Part shown: one piece after another, positions 18,750 through 28,400 of the stretch | Layout of the letters: the number at the start of each line of letters is the position of its first letter | Position numbering within the stretch: the stretch's first letter is position 1 | Origin: Bacillales bacterium UBA4682 | GTDB taxonomy: Bacteria; Bacillota_I; Bacilli_A; RFN20; CAG-288 | DNA length: 64,000 nucleotides | NCBI GenBank assembly: GCA_002404995.1 | Contig: DHKY01000014.1 | Location: 72,620 to 136,619, forward strand | Direction of reading: 5' to 3' | Made by a program: the position numbers and the translations under genes | Notes under the pieces: model-generated | What the model was told of the DNA's origin: nothing | The model's database searches: none | Seen by the model: only the letters and a program-made list of their open reading frames with translations

Positions 18750-20285
18750 ATGAAAAAATCAAAATTCCTATTGCTTCCTTTATTATGCTTAATTTTAAGT
18801 GGTTGCCATACGAGCCAAGCAAAAGAGAAAACAGAAGGTGAAAAGCTAGCGGAAGGCTATTATTCAACCTCTTTTCTTAAGCTTGATTCTCTCAATGACA
18901 CGAATTCCAATCTAGCCGGCATCAACATCATTTCAGAATTAGCCGGAGGAATTAATGCAGGCATCCTCTCTCTTCTTTCCGCAAAGAAAGACAATTTTGC
19001 AGGATGGGCAGCTTCTACGATATTCAAGCTTGTCTTCAATGTCGAAGGAGAAGACAAGTCGCAGAAGATACTTGAGACTCTGGATTCCATTGACAAGAAG
19101 ATTGATGAAATCAATAAAAAGCTAGACCAAGTCATCCTCAGGCTCGATTCCGTCCTGGAAAAGCAGGAACTCAACGCCTTGAAAAGTGATATCAACACTC
19201 TTAGAAACGGTAATGCCTATTTACAGACCTATATCGATTATACGAAAAACCTAAGTATCGGAAAGGAATCCTCCTCTTCCCTTGATGAAGAGATTGTAAA
19301 AAAAGAATATGAAGCTCTGAATAAACGATTCCCGGATGCTCCGACTAAGGTCAACGAGTATGCCCATCTTCTTTTTGATGCGGGCGTAAATTCAGGAAAA
19401 AACATATTCGCAAACATCAAAAGAATCATCTCGTTGAATCATTTCCTCTTTGATTACCAGGAAGTGAAACTGAAGCTCTTCAATGATGCTAGTTATTTAG
19501 CTCCTTTCCTGTATGCCTGTGCTATCAGCTATGGTCAGCTTAACTATATCAGGAATAACAATCCTATGACGAGCGTCGAATACATCGATGCCAATGCCAG
19601 GTTTGAGACCACTAAGCAGAATGTCGAAAGAGTCAAGAAAGCCTATGAGGAAAACGAAACCCATAGGAGAAAAGAAGGCTTCATTTCCTTCCTTTACCCG
19701 GATAACGAAAAGTATATTCCTTTCTATAACCGTATTCGCACCATCACATCGGATTCTTATGTAAACTATCAAGTGGATCAATCTAAACTAGGTGACAAGA
19801 AATACTGGCAGGACTGGGTCTTTGCCAAGTCCTCCTTCAAAAACGGTGAAGAGATGACTCCTCTCTATGCAGTCAAAGGAGAAACCATAAATACCATCCT
19901 CGAGTGTATTTCTTCGTTAGTCAAGACTAGGAAAAGGAGCGATAGGACATTAACGAATCTTTTCTCCGATGCTGGCTTTGAAATCCCTCCTTATTCTGGA
20001 ACGAACAAAGACGGTCTCCGTTTCTTTACCGGAGATGACTTCCAAGTCTATTCTTCCTATGAAGATACCTTCTTCCAAGTCACTTCGCCGCTCTCTGGAA
20101 ACAGGGCGGGAAGCTCATTGGAAAAAGATAAGGGGATAACAATCAATTTTGCTATTGGATCTGTTGAGAAGAGTCAGGCAAAAAGGTATGGCTGGCAAAC
20201 AGAAAGTGCCCTTCTACTCACCAATGAAAAAGAATTCGGATATGATTCTTCCCTTTCGACAGACATCAGCGGTAATATTGTCTAG
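18750..20285 (+). CDS. Hypothetical coiled-coil lipoprotein
   Basis: Lipobox LILSGCHTSQ. Heptad-rich region ILETLDSIDKKIDEINKKLDQVILRLDSVLEKQELNALKSDINTLRN. Preceded by a ~360-bp AT-rich spacer with an extended -10 TGTGTTATACT. Confidence 0.55.
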   Translation: MKKSKFLLLPLLCLILSGCHTSQAKEKTEGEKLAEGYYSTSFLKLDSLNDTNSNLAGINIISELAGGINAGILSLLSAKKDNFAGWAASTIFKLVFNVEGEDKSQKILETLDSIDKKIDEINKKLDQVILRLDSVLEKQELNALKSDINTLRNGNAYLQTYIDYTKNLSIGKESSSSLDEEIVKKEYEALNKRFPDAPTKVNEYAHLLFDAGVNSGKNIFANIKRIISLNHFLFDYQEVKLKLFNDASYLAPFLYACAISYGQLNYIRNNNPMTSVEYIDANARFETTKQNVERVKKAYEENETHRRKEGFISFLYPDNEKYIPFYNRIRTITSDSYVNYQVDQSKLGDKKYWQDWVFAKSSFKNGEEMTPLYAVKGETINTILECISSLVKTRKRSDRTLTNLFSDAGFEIPPYSGTNKDGLRFFTGDDFQVYSSYEDTFFQVTSPLSGNRAGSSLEKDKGITINFAIGSVEKSQAKRYGWQTESALLLTNEKEFGYDSSLSTDISGNIV

Positions 20286-20308
20286 GCCTTTCCCTTCCGA
20301 TTCAAAAA

Positions 20309-20950
20309 ATGAAATTTCGTCTATTCCAGGCAGAGAATAAAAATTGTCCGCTCTTTCTGCTTCACAATTATCAAGATGACGGAGAAAAGATCTTTGATTT
20401 AGCAAAAGAACTGTCCAGAAAGAATTTTGCTTTGCTCGTCATCTATGATTTCGATTGGGAAAGCCAAAGGACGCCTTGGCCAGCACCAAGCATCGGCAAG
20501 AACGGCAGTTCCTTTTCCGGACAGGCGGATGAATACCTCAGATCCTTAACCGCATCTTTGCTTCCGGAAGTCCTAAAACAGGTCCGTCCTTCCAAGATTG
20601 GAATACTTGGTTATTCCCTTGCCGGCCTTTTCTCACTTTATTCCCTTTACCGCCTGGATTGTTTTTCTTTGGCAGCAAGTGTCTCTGGCTCTCTCTGGTA
20701 TCCATCTTTCGATGAATTCGTCTTTTCTCATCAAAGGAAAAAGAAGCCGGATAAGATTTATCTTTCTGTCGGAGACAAAGAAAAGAATACTTCCAATCCG
20801 TTTCTATCGAAAGTAGAAGAAAAAACCAAGGTAATCGACGAATATTACAAATCAATTGGAATACCTGTTTTATACGAGCTCAATAAAGGAAACCATTTTG
20901 CCGATGTTTCCCTGCGTCTAGCCAAAGCAATCGCTTTCCTTCTGAAATAA
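20309..20950 (+). CDS. Alpha/beta-hydrolase fold esterase (putative esterase family)
   Basis: GxSxG nucleophile elbow GYSLAGLFS. Size and motifs fit esterase D/enterochelin-esterase-like proteins. Confidence 0.55.
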   Translation: MKFRLFQAENKNCPLFLLHNYQDDGEKIFDLAKELSRKNFALLVIYDFDWESQRTPWPAPSIGKNGSSFSGQADEYLRSLTASLLPEVLKQVRPSKIGILGYSLAGLFSLYSLYRLDCFSLAASVSGSLWYPSFDEFVFSHQRKKKPDKIYLSVGDKEKNTSNPFLSKVEEKTKVIDEYYKSIGIPVLYELNKGNHFADVSLRLAKAIAFLLK

Positions 20951-21098
20951 AACCGTCTCTTTCTTTTCCAGCATTTTATTTTCGCCATTGAAATGCAATC
21001 TAGGACAGATAATTGTCAATTTAGGAACAGTTATTGCTGAAAAGAAACCGGTTGGATTATCATGATGCAAGCGCTTACTACAAAGGAGCTCTTTTTCT

Positions 21099-23069
21099 AT
21101 GGAAAAGTCAAAAGAAAAGAAATCTGTATTTACCACCCCACTTCTATCCTCCAAAATCAAGAAAAGCGGCGTCTCCCTTTTCCCAGAAGCAGGTCTTGGC
21201 TATCTGCTTGGCCCTCTTCTCGCCTTAATCAGCAATGGTGTTGTCAACATCTGGCTCATCCAATACTGGGATAAGGTCTTAAGGCTGAAAGAATGGAATC
21301 CGCTTTTCGAGACATTAAGGCCGATCATCTCCTCGATTATTATCATCATCGGCAACCTGCTAGTCGGAAAACTCAGGGAACGGAAACCGACCTTAGCTGG
21401 AAAGGCGCGCCCCTTCATCCTATTAGGCATGCCCTTGATTGCTATTGCCTTGCTCGTCTTATTCCTTGTTCCGCTTCCGGCAGGAGCAGGAGGAACGACC
21501 TCGAATCTTCTTGCCAGTATCGTCATTGCCATAGGCTACAACCTCTACTACGCCTTGGCTTGGCCAATTTATTACACCTCTCACTCCGCTTTGGTAAACT
21601 TATCAACCCGTGACGGAGGAAAACGAGGCCTCCTCTCAACCTGTATCATGGCTGCCCAATTAGGTGCCTCGGGTGTTGCAGGCAGGGCAGGAGGAATCCT
21701 AGTCGATTTCATCGGTTTACTTCCGAAATATGTCATTACCGGCGTTGATCAGTCTTTTTCCTCGAAAAGCGACGCCCTTGCTTATGCGACAAAAGCAGGA
21801 ATATCCGCTGACAGCATCAGCGAAGTCATTTCCCCAAGCCAAGCAAACAGCAAATGGACCCTGCTTAGGATCATTAGGATTGTCTGCTTAGTCGTCGGAT
21901 GTTTGTTAGAGTATTATTTTACCCGTGAACGTATCACAGAGGAAAACATTAAATCTTCCTCTGAAAGCGAAGATCAAAGCAAAGTCAAAGGTGCCTCAAG
22001 GGCCCAGCAGAGGAAAATCTGCATTCATGACCGTTATTGGTGGCTGATCATGGTTTTCTTCTTCCTCTACCAGTTTGGAGGCCAGAGGAAAAACAATGAC
22101 AGGTCCTTCTATTCCCAGGCTATGAGTTCTGGAACAACACTATCCTCTATTATTAATACTGTCGGTGCCATTCCAACCGCCTTAGGGAGGTTGATTGTCT
22201 GGCCGATCGCCAACAAATTCTCGAAGTCAAAGTCCATCATCGGCGGGTCCGTCGTCGCTTTCCTTGGATCATTGATTGCCTTGATTTGCTTAATGCCTAC
22301 AGTTAGCACGAGCGAAGCTGCCGTCGAGGCACTCTCTGTTACATCCTTCTGTGTCAAAGCCCTCGGTGCTGCCCCGGCTAGGTATGTCTCTTTAGCCCTT
22401 TTAGCCAATGTACTAGACCATCAGGAAGCCTTATACGGAAAACGTACGGATGGCTTCACTAGGGCCGTCTATGGTTCCATCATGGTTGCTATGTCCGGTA
22501 TCTGCAACGGCATCATCGCCGGTATGAACGCGGTAACTCCTTTAGAAAACCAGAAACTCGTCCATACGATTCTCGGCTTCTTAGTCGAAGGTGTCTGCTA
22601 TCTAATTATCGCCGTCAGGTTCCTGGCAAGGAACGTCGAGAAGTTCACAAAGCTCGATAATCAGACCATTATCAACAACCAGAGAGAGCTCTGCCTCAAG
22701 GAAGGAAAAGAGTGGATTTCTCCGGAAGAGCGGGCAAAGAAGGAAGACGAAGAAAACAACAAGAGGATTGAAGAAAGTCGAATTGCTCAGCTCAATGCTG
22801 ATTGCAGCAAGAAACACCTTGATTTCGAAGCTGAAAACGCTAAGTTCTTAGCTGAAAAGAAAAAGAAGGATGAACTTGCGCTGAAGAAGAAAGAAGCGGC
22901 TGACAGGAAGAAAAAACAAGCAGAAGAAAAGAAGAAACAGAAGTTCGACTCCCTGCCTCAGGAAAAGAAGGATAAGATTCTAGCCAAGAAAGAAAAAGAA
23001 CAGCAGAAAATCGAAGAAGAGTTCTCCTCTCTGCTTCTTAAAGCAAAGAATAGCGGTCTATCCGCCTGA
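21099..23069 (+). CDS. MFS-type transporter (GPH/glycoside symporter-like) with a ~120-aa Lys/Glu-rich coiled-coil C-terminal tail
   Basis: RBS AAAGGAG. About 12 hydrophobic segments. C-terminus KKKKDELALKKKEAADRKKKQAEEKKKQKFDSLPQEKKDKILAKKEKEQQKIEEE. Confidence 0.6.
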   Translation: MEKSKEKKSVFTTPLLSSKIKKSGVSLFPEAGLGYLLGPLLALISNGVVNIWLIQYWDKVLRLKEWNPLFETLRPIISSIIIIIGNLLVGKLRERKPTLAGKARPFILLGMPLIAIALLVLFLVPLPAGAGGTTSNLLASIVIAIGYNLYYALAWPIYYTSHSALVNLSTRDGGKRGLLSTCIMAAQLGASGVAGRAGGILVDFIGLLPKYVITGVDQSFSSKSDALAYATKAGISADSISEVISPSQANSKWTLLRIIRIVCLVVGCLLEYYFTRERITEENIKSSSESEDQSKVKGASRAQQRKICIHDRYWWLIMVFFFLYQFGGQRKNNDRSFYSQAMSSGTTLSSIINTVGAIPTALGRLIVWPIANKFSKSKSIIGGSVVAFLGSLIALICLMPTVSTSEAAVEALSVTSFCVKALGAAPARYVSLALLANVLDHQEALYGKRTDGFTRAVYGSIMVAMSGICNGIIAGMNAVTPLENQKLVHTILGFLVEGVCYLIIAVRFLARNVEKFTKLDNQTIINNQRELCLKEGKEWISPEERAKKEDEENNKRIEESRIAQLNADCSKKHLDFEAENAKFLAEKKKKDELALKKKEAADRKKKQAEEKKKQKFDSLPQEKKDKILAKKEKEQQKIEEEFSSLLLKAKNSGLSA

Positions 23070-23084
23070 TTCGAAAGCATTAAA

Positions 23085-23120
23085 AAAGTCCCTCGGTTCT
23101 AAATCCGCGGGACTTTTTCT
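23085..23120. terminator. Bidirectional terminator between MFS and Hpt genes
   Basis: Hairpin AGTCCC-TCGG...CCGCGGGACT followed by a T5 run. Confidence 0.5.
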
Positions 23121-23131
23121 ATACAGTTATT

Positions 23132-23485
23132 TCAGTCGAGTTCCTTCAAGGCTGATTCCACAATTTCGTATTGCGTAGTAACCTTAGCAAAAAGAGGAAG
23201 AATCTTTTCTTCTTTGAAAACACGTTCCCGTAGTTCTTCGGTCAAGTCCGATGCAGCTTGGAAAAGATTCGTGAATCCAAGGTTGCTTGCCAGTCCTTTC
23301 AAGGTATGGCTGGCAAGAAAAGCTTTTTCCACATCTTCCTCCTCGATAGCAGCCTTAAGTTCTTCATAGGTGGGATCCGTTAGGAAATGAGGAAGAATCT
23401 TCTTCCTTAGGCTTTTCGAAGCAAAACGATTAAGAACCTCAAGATAGTCTCCGCCTATCGTTGCATAGAATTCTTCGATATCCAT
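23132..23485 (-). CDS. Histidine phosphotransfer (Hpt) domain protein
   Basis: RBS GGAGGA. Hpt signature SHTLKGLASNLGF. 117 aa, all-helical composition. Confidence 0.7.
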   Translation of the reverse strand: MDIEEFYATIGGDYLEVLNRFASKSLRKKILPHFLTDPTYEELKAAIEEEDVEKAFLASHTLKGLASNLGFTNLFQAASDLTEELRERVFKEEKILPLFAKVTTQYEIVESALKELD

Positions 23486-23506
23486 ATTCGTTATCCTCCA
23501 TTATCG

Positions 23507-25441
23507 TCACTTGATTCTTCCTTGCTCGTCTTTGACAAGGAATTCCCGGATTTCGAGCAGACATTCAAGCAGCAGAGGGTTGAACTTTCCGCACTCGCCA
23601 TTCCTGATCCTGTCAATTGCCTTATCCGGAGAATAGGCCTCCTTATAAACACGTTTGGCCGTAAGAGCATCATACACATCCGCGAGAGACACCACCTGTG
23701 CGGCAATCGGTATCTCATCTCCGACTAATCCCTCTGGATAGCCTTTGCCATCATATTTTTCATGGTGGTAAAGGCAAATCTGATAGGCATATTTCACAAG
23801 CGGCTCTTTCTGGTATTCCCGTACGTTCCTAACCCTATGGGCACCATAGACCGTATGCTTCTTGACTTCCTCAAATTCTTCTTTCGTCAGTTTTCCGGGT
23901 TTATTCAGTATCTTGGAATCAATCTCGACTTTTCCGATATCGTGAAGCGCAGAAGCCGTAGCAATCAAATAGACATCATCCTTTGATAGGTTATATCGGT
24001 CCGTTTTCCGCCTAAGAGCGACAAGCAGACGTTCGGTTATCTTGTTGATATTCGTAACGTGCTCTTTTCCCCTTCCTGAACGGAATTCACTGACCTGGCT
24101 GAGGATATCCACAAGAATATGACTGCATTTTTCTTTTTGATTGTTTTCGCTGGAAACAGTGGAGAGCAGACGACGTTGTTTCTGATAAAGATGGATTGTA
24201 TTCAGTACACGCCTATAGACGACTTTCGCATCGAAAGGACGGCTGATGAAATCAGACACTCCCCTTTCGTAGGCTTTCCGAATGGTCTCCGGGGATTCAT
24301 CTTCGGTAATAGTGATAACCGGAATCTCCTCAAGAAGATGCGAGTCTGTCCTCTTCTGCAGGACACCAAAGCCATCCCTGTCAGGCCTGAGGATGTCAAG
24401 AAGAACAAGAGCAATCTCTTTTCCTTCGTTTGCAAGAATTTCAAGACACTCCTTGCCTCCCTTGGCTTCCCTGACATTGAATTCATTGCTTAAAATCGAT
24501 GAGAGAATCTCACGATTTAATGCGGAGTCATCCACAATCAGAATGGTCTGCTTATCCGGGGAAGAGGAAATCTGTATGGTATGGTCAGTAACAACTAGGT
24601 TCTTCTTTGCCTTCGCTCGGTAGAGAAGCTTATCCGCACGCCTGACTGCTTTTTCAATTGTCTGCTTTTCACTGAAGGTGGCACCTACGCTGAAAGTCAG
24701 GTTGATTTCGGCATAACCGGGGAAGATGATTGTCTTCAGGCGCTTTAAGATAGCTGTCAGCTTAGTCTCATAATTGCCTTTATCCGTTTCCGGAAGAACC
24801 AGAAGGAATTCGTCTCCTCCGTAACGGATCAGCTTGTCCCTCTTTCCAAGATCCTTCTTCAGCTCCTTCGCAAAGACTTTCAGGACATAGTCCCCTGCGA
24901 CATGGCCGTAGACATCGTTGTAGACTTTGAAGTCGTCTAAATCGATCCTGGCTACACAGGCAGAAAGAGTCGAATTCTTGATTTCTTCTTCATAAAAGCG
25001 GCGATTAAAGGCACCGGTAAGAACATCCGTATAGGTCTTCTCATAGTATTCATTGATGCGGGTGAGTAGTTTGACCTCTCCAGAAACATCAACGACATTC
25101 TTGTTGTCGAATTCACGAAGAAGTTCCCTGACACAGGGTTTGGAATCGATTTCGAGATAACGGGAGATGACAAAATAGATGCCATCCTTTGAGAACTCGA
25201 TTTTCACCTGATCCTGCTTGGTATTTATCGCCTTTGCAGAGGTACAGTTGTCGCAAGGATTCTTCTTTCCCCAAAAAGAATAGCAGGGGCAGTGCAGAGT
25301 TGCTGAATTTCCATCGGGACAAAGACCTGCAATCTCATCCTTTTTCAGAATACGGACGACATCGAAGACATTGCGGTAACTATCCCTCTCGGATTGAGCC
25401 TCAGCCTCACTTAAAGAATATGTTTTTTCTTTTTCAGTCAT
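23507..25441 (-). CDS. c-di-GMP signalling protein with domain order Cys-rich N-terminal region, GGDEF, REC, HD-GYP
   Basis: RYGGDEF active-site motif. Receiver ILIVDDS...LLDILRPDRDGF. HD-GYP motifs HDIGK and HHEKYDGKGYP. N-terminal CPDGNSATLHCPCYSFWGKKNPCDNC. RBS GGGAGG. Start overlaps the end of the kinase gene by 8 nt. Confidence 0.8.
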   Translation of the reverse strand: MTEKEKTYSLSEAEAQSERDSYRNVFDVVRILKKDEIAGLCPDGNSATLHCPCYSFWGKKNPCDNCTSAKAINTKQDQVKIEFSKDGIYFVISRYLEIDSKPCVRELLREFDNKNVVDVSGEVKLLTRINEYYEKTYTDVLTGAFNRRFYEEEIKNSTLSACVARIDLDDFKVYNDVYGHVAGDYVLKVFAKELKKDLGKRDKLIRYGGDEFLLVLPETDKGNYETKLTAILKRLKTIIFPGYAEINLTFSVGATFSEKQTIEKAVRRADKLLYRAKAKKNLVVTDHTIQISSSPDKQTILIVDDSALNREILSSILSNEFNVREAKGGKECLEILANEGKEIALVLLDILRPDRDGFGVLQKRTDSHLLEEIPVITITEDESPETIRKAYERGVSDFISRPFDAKVVYRRVLNTIHLYQKQRRLLSTVSSENNQKEKCSHILVDILSQVSEFRSGRGKEHVTNINKITERLLVALRRKTDRYNLSKDDVYLIATASALHDIGKVEIDSKILNKPGKLTKEEFEEVKKHTVYGAHRVRNVREYQKEPLVKYAYQICLYHHEKYDGKGYPEGLVGDEIPIAAQVVSLADVYDALTAKRVYKEAYSPDKAIDRIRNGECGKFNPLLLECLLEIREFLVKDEQGRIK

Positions 25442-28400
25442 CCTCTTGACCTCCCTCTACCGATTTCTTCTTCAAACAGGAGTTCAAGGTGTTCTTAAGG
25501 ACATCCCTATGGATAGGCTTGGCGATATGGGCATTCCTTCCCGCATCTAAGGCATCCTGTACATCTTTTACAAAGGCACTTGCCGTCCTTGCGATGATTG
25601 GGATTTCCTTGGCCTCTGGATGATTCGAATCACGGATTGCTTTTGTTGCTTCATATCCGTTCCTGCCAGGCCTCCTGACATCCCTGAGGATAGCGTTGTA
25701 CGTTCCTTTCTTAGAAGAAAGGAATTTCTCTACGACCTGTTTTCCATCCTTGGCAACATCTGCCGTTGCTCCTTCGGATTTCAATAGCTCAAGGGCAATC
25801 TCTGCATTCAGATCATTATCCTCTGCAATCAAGAAATGCCTTCCCTTCAAGTCAAAGACAGTATCGTCTTCGGAAACCGAATTCTTAAAGCGCTCGACTT
25901 CAATCAGCTTTTCCTTAAGGTTGACTTCACTGAAAGGCTTGGCAAGGAAGCCATCGATGTCGATTTCAAGCGCCTTTGTTTCAATATCCGTCCAGTCATA
26001 AGAGGTGAGGAAGAGAATCGGAGTATCTACCGGAATAATCTTCCGGATTTCCTTTGCCGTATCAAGTCCGTTCCTGCCTGGCATCTGCCAGTCCAGAATG
26101 ACAGCATTGTATTCTTTTTTCTCAGCGTAACGTTCCTTCACAAGCTCGACAGCAGCTTTACCACTATATACAGCATCAAAAACGACGCCCGTATCAGACC
26201 TATTTTCCTTAATACCGTCACAGACCGATTTTTCATCATCTACAAGAAGAATCCGGCTCCTATGATGGTTGTGCCAGAAATCCTTATCTTCTTCCTCATG
26301 GGTAAGATGAAGGGATAATTCGACCGTAAAGGTTGTACCTTTACCAAGTTCACTCTGCAAATCAATCGTTCCACCCCTAAGGTCAATAATGTTCTTGGTG
26401 ATTGCAAGACCAAGACCGGTTCCGGATTCCTTGTTCGTAGTAGAATTCTCAGCCCGGGTAAAAGGATCAAAGATTATCTTCTTGAATTCATCTGAGATGC
26501 CATAACCATTATCCGTAACAACAAACCGAAGTCTTTCAAAGGACTGAGAACTCTGCCCTAAATCGGTAATCTGAAGTCCGATTTGTCCGCCTTCCGGAGT
26601 ATACTTGATGGAATTAGAAAGAAGATTAATCAAAATCTGATTGATACGGGTCTTATCTCCCATGAATAACTCATGGGACCTGACACCGACATTGATTCTC
26701 AGTTCCTGCTTTTTCGCATTGGCCATCGGGCGAATGACAACATTGACCGATTCGATGAGCTCATCTAAAGAGAAGGCAGACTGACGGATTGTCCTTTTTC
26801 CGCTCTCAATTTTAGAAATATCAAGGATGTCGTTGATTAGTCCGAGAAGATGGTTGCTCGCTGCCGTGATCTTCCGGGAATACTCTTTCACTTTTGTCTC
26901 ATCCCCTGTGTTTTTAGACAGAAGGGTCGAGAACCCAATGACGGCATTCCTTGGCGTACGGATATCATGGCTCCTGTTGGAAAGGAAGGTGGTTTTCGCC
27001 TTATTGGCTTCTTCCGCAACTTGCAGAGCCTCAGAAAGCTGTTCATTATGTACCTTTTCAAGTTTATTCTTCTGTTTTGAATAATAAACAATGAAGAATA
27101 TAACAATTCCTGCAATTAAGATAAGGACGGATGCAAGAATTGCAGCTGCTTGCAAAGGATTGCGTTTCCTGAACAATAGAAGTGAACCAGAATTCTTATG
27201 AATGTTTGCCTCGCTAATATACTTAGATAAATCCGACTCTGAAATGCTAGCAACATAGCTGTTAAGAGAAGCAAGAACATTGGTATTGATATCACGGGAT
27301 ACTGGAATTGTGACATTGACAGTCTGTCCAGGAACAAGACTTGTGACCAAGGAACTTCCGGTTTCATAAATATAGTACTGCCTAGAATCCCGCGTTCCAA
27401 AAGCGATATCCGCTTTTCCCTTTTCAACCGCCTGCAGACAGGCTCTGGAATTATCACAGAGAATAACTTCTTCATAATCACTGGTCGAATATTGCTCTTC
27501 CCTTCCTCGGACAATGGCAATACGGCTGGCTTTGCCATCACTATCTGGTCTCTGTGCAAAAGAAAGGACAGAAGTCAGGATTGGAGCACTGTTAATATAT
27601 CCGAATTTCGAACACCTAGAAGAAGTCATGTTCCTTCCTAAGAAGAAGGCAAATTCTCCAGAGTCGAGTTTTCCTTCCGCATCCGTCCTATCGGAAGCAA
27701 AGGTGTATTCCGTCTTGATTCCTGTTCTTTGGCAATAATCATCAAGAGCGGATACAAGGACCCCTTTGGGCTTGCCATTATCCTCATAAGCATAAGGAGC
27801 TGTGTTTTCCCTGCAGAGGACCTTCAGTTTTCCGATATTGCTTAGTTCCTTTTCCCTCTCATCGCTCAAAAGGAAAGTGTTGTTCGCTACACGAAAATAG
27901 GTATCATAGAGTGTATCTTGGAAGTTGGGATTGACCTCGTCTATCCTTTTCCTGGCCTCATCCAGCTTCTGAATCAGTCCTGTGTTCCCCTTGGTAGAAG
28001 CAAAATAATAAGGGCGAGGGGCAAAGTTAGCAACGATTCTAGTGTTAGCAATGGGAGAAAGGGATACACTGGAAATAACATCCACTTTTCCATCAATCAA
28101 AGCCTGCTTCTGCTCATCTGCGGTCTTATAATACACAATCTCGTAATTCAGTTTTTCCGAATCAAGATAAGAGAGAACTTCTCCGTTACGAGTGGCTGCC
28201 GATTCCCATAAACCAACTTTGATTAACGCTTGACCGTAAAGATTATGTTCTCTTAGCCCGTTTGTCTTTAGAGCGCAAAGAGTCGTATAAACAGTTCCAT
28301 AGCTTCTCTGAGGAAATTCAAAGTTTTTCTCAGTGCCAGAGTTCTTAAGCAGCGGACCTAGAAGGTCGACTTTCCCTTCTTTAAGATCCGAAAGTGCTTT

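Noticed and set aside
24500-24560. I-site (RxxD) upstream of GGDEF in the c-di-GMP protein
   Set aside because: The aligned position reads GKRD rather than RxxD. I could not support an allosteric I-site call from sequence alone.
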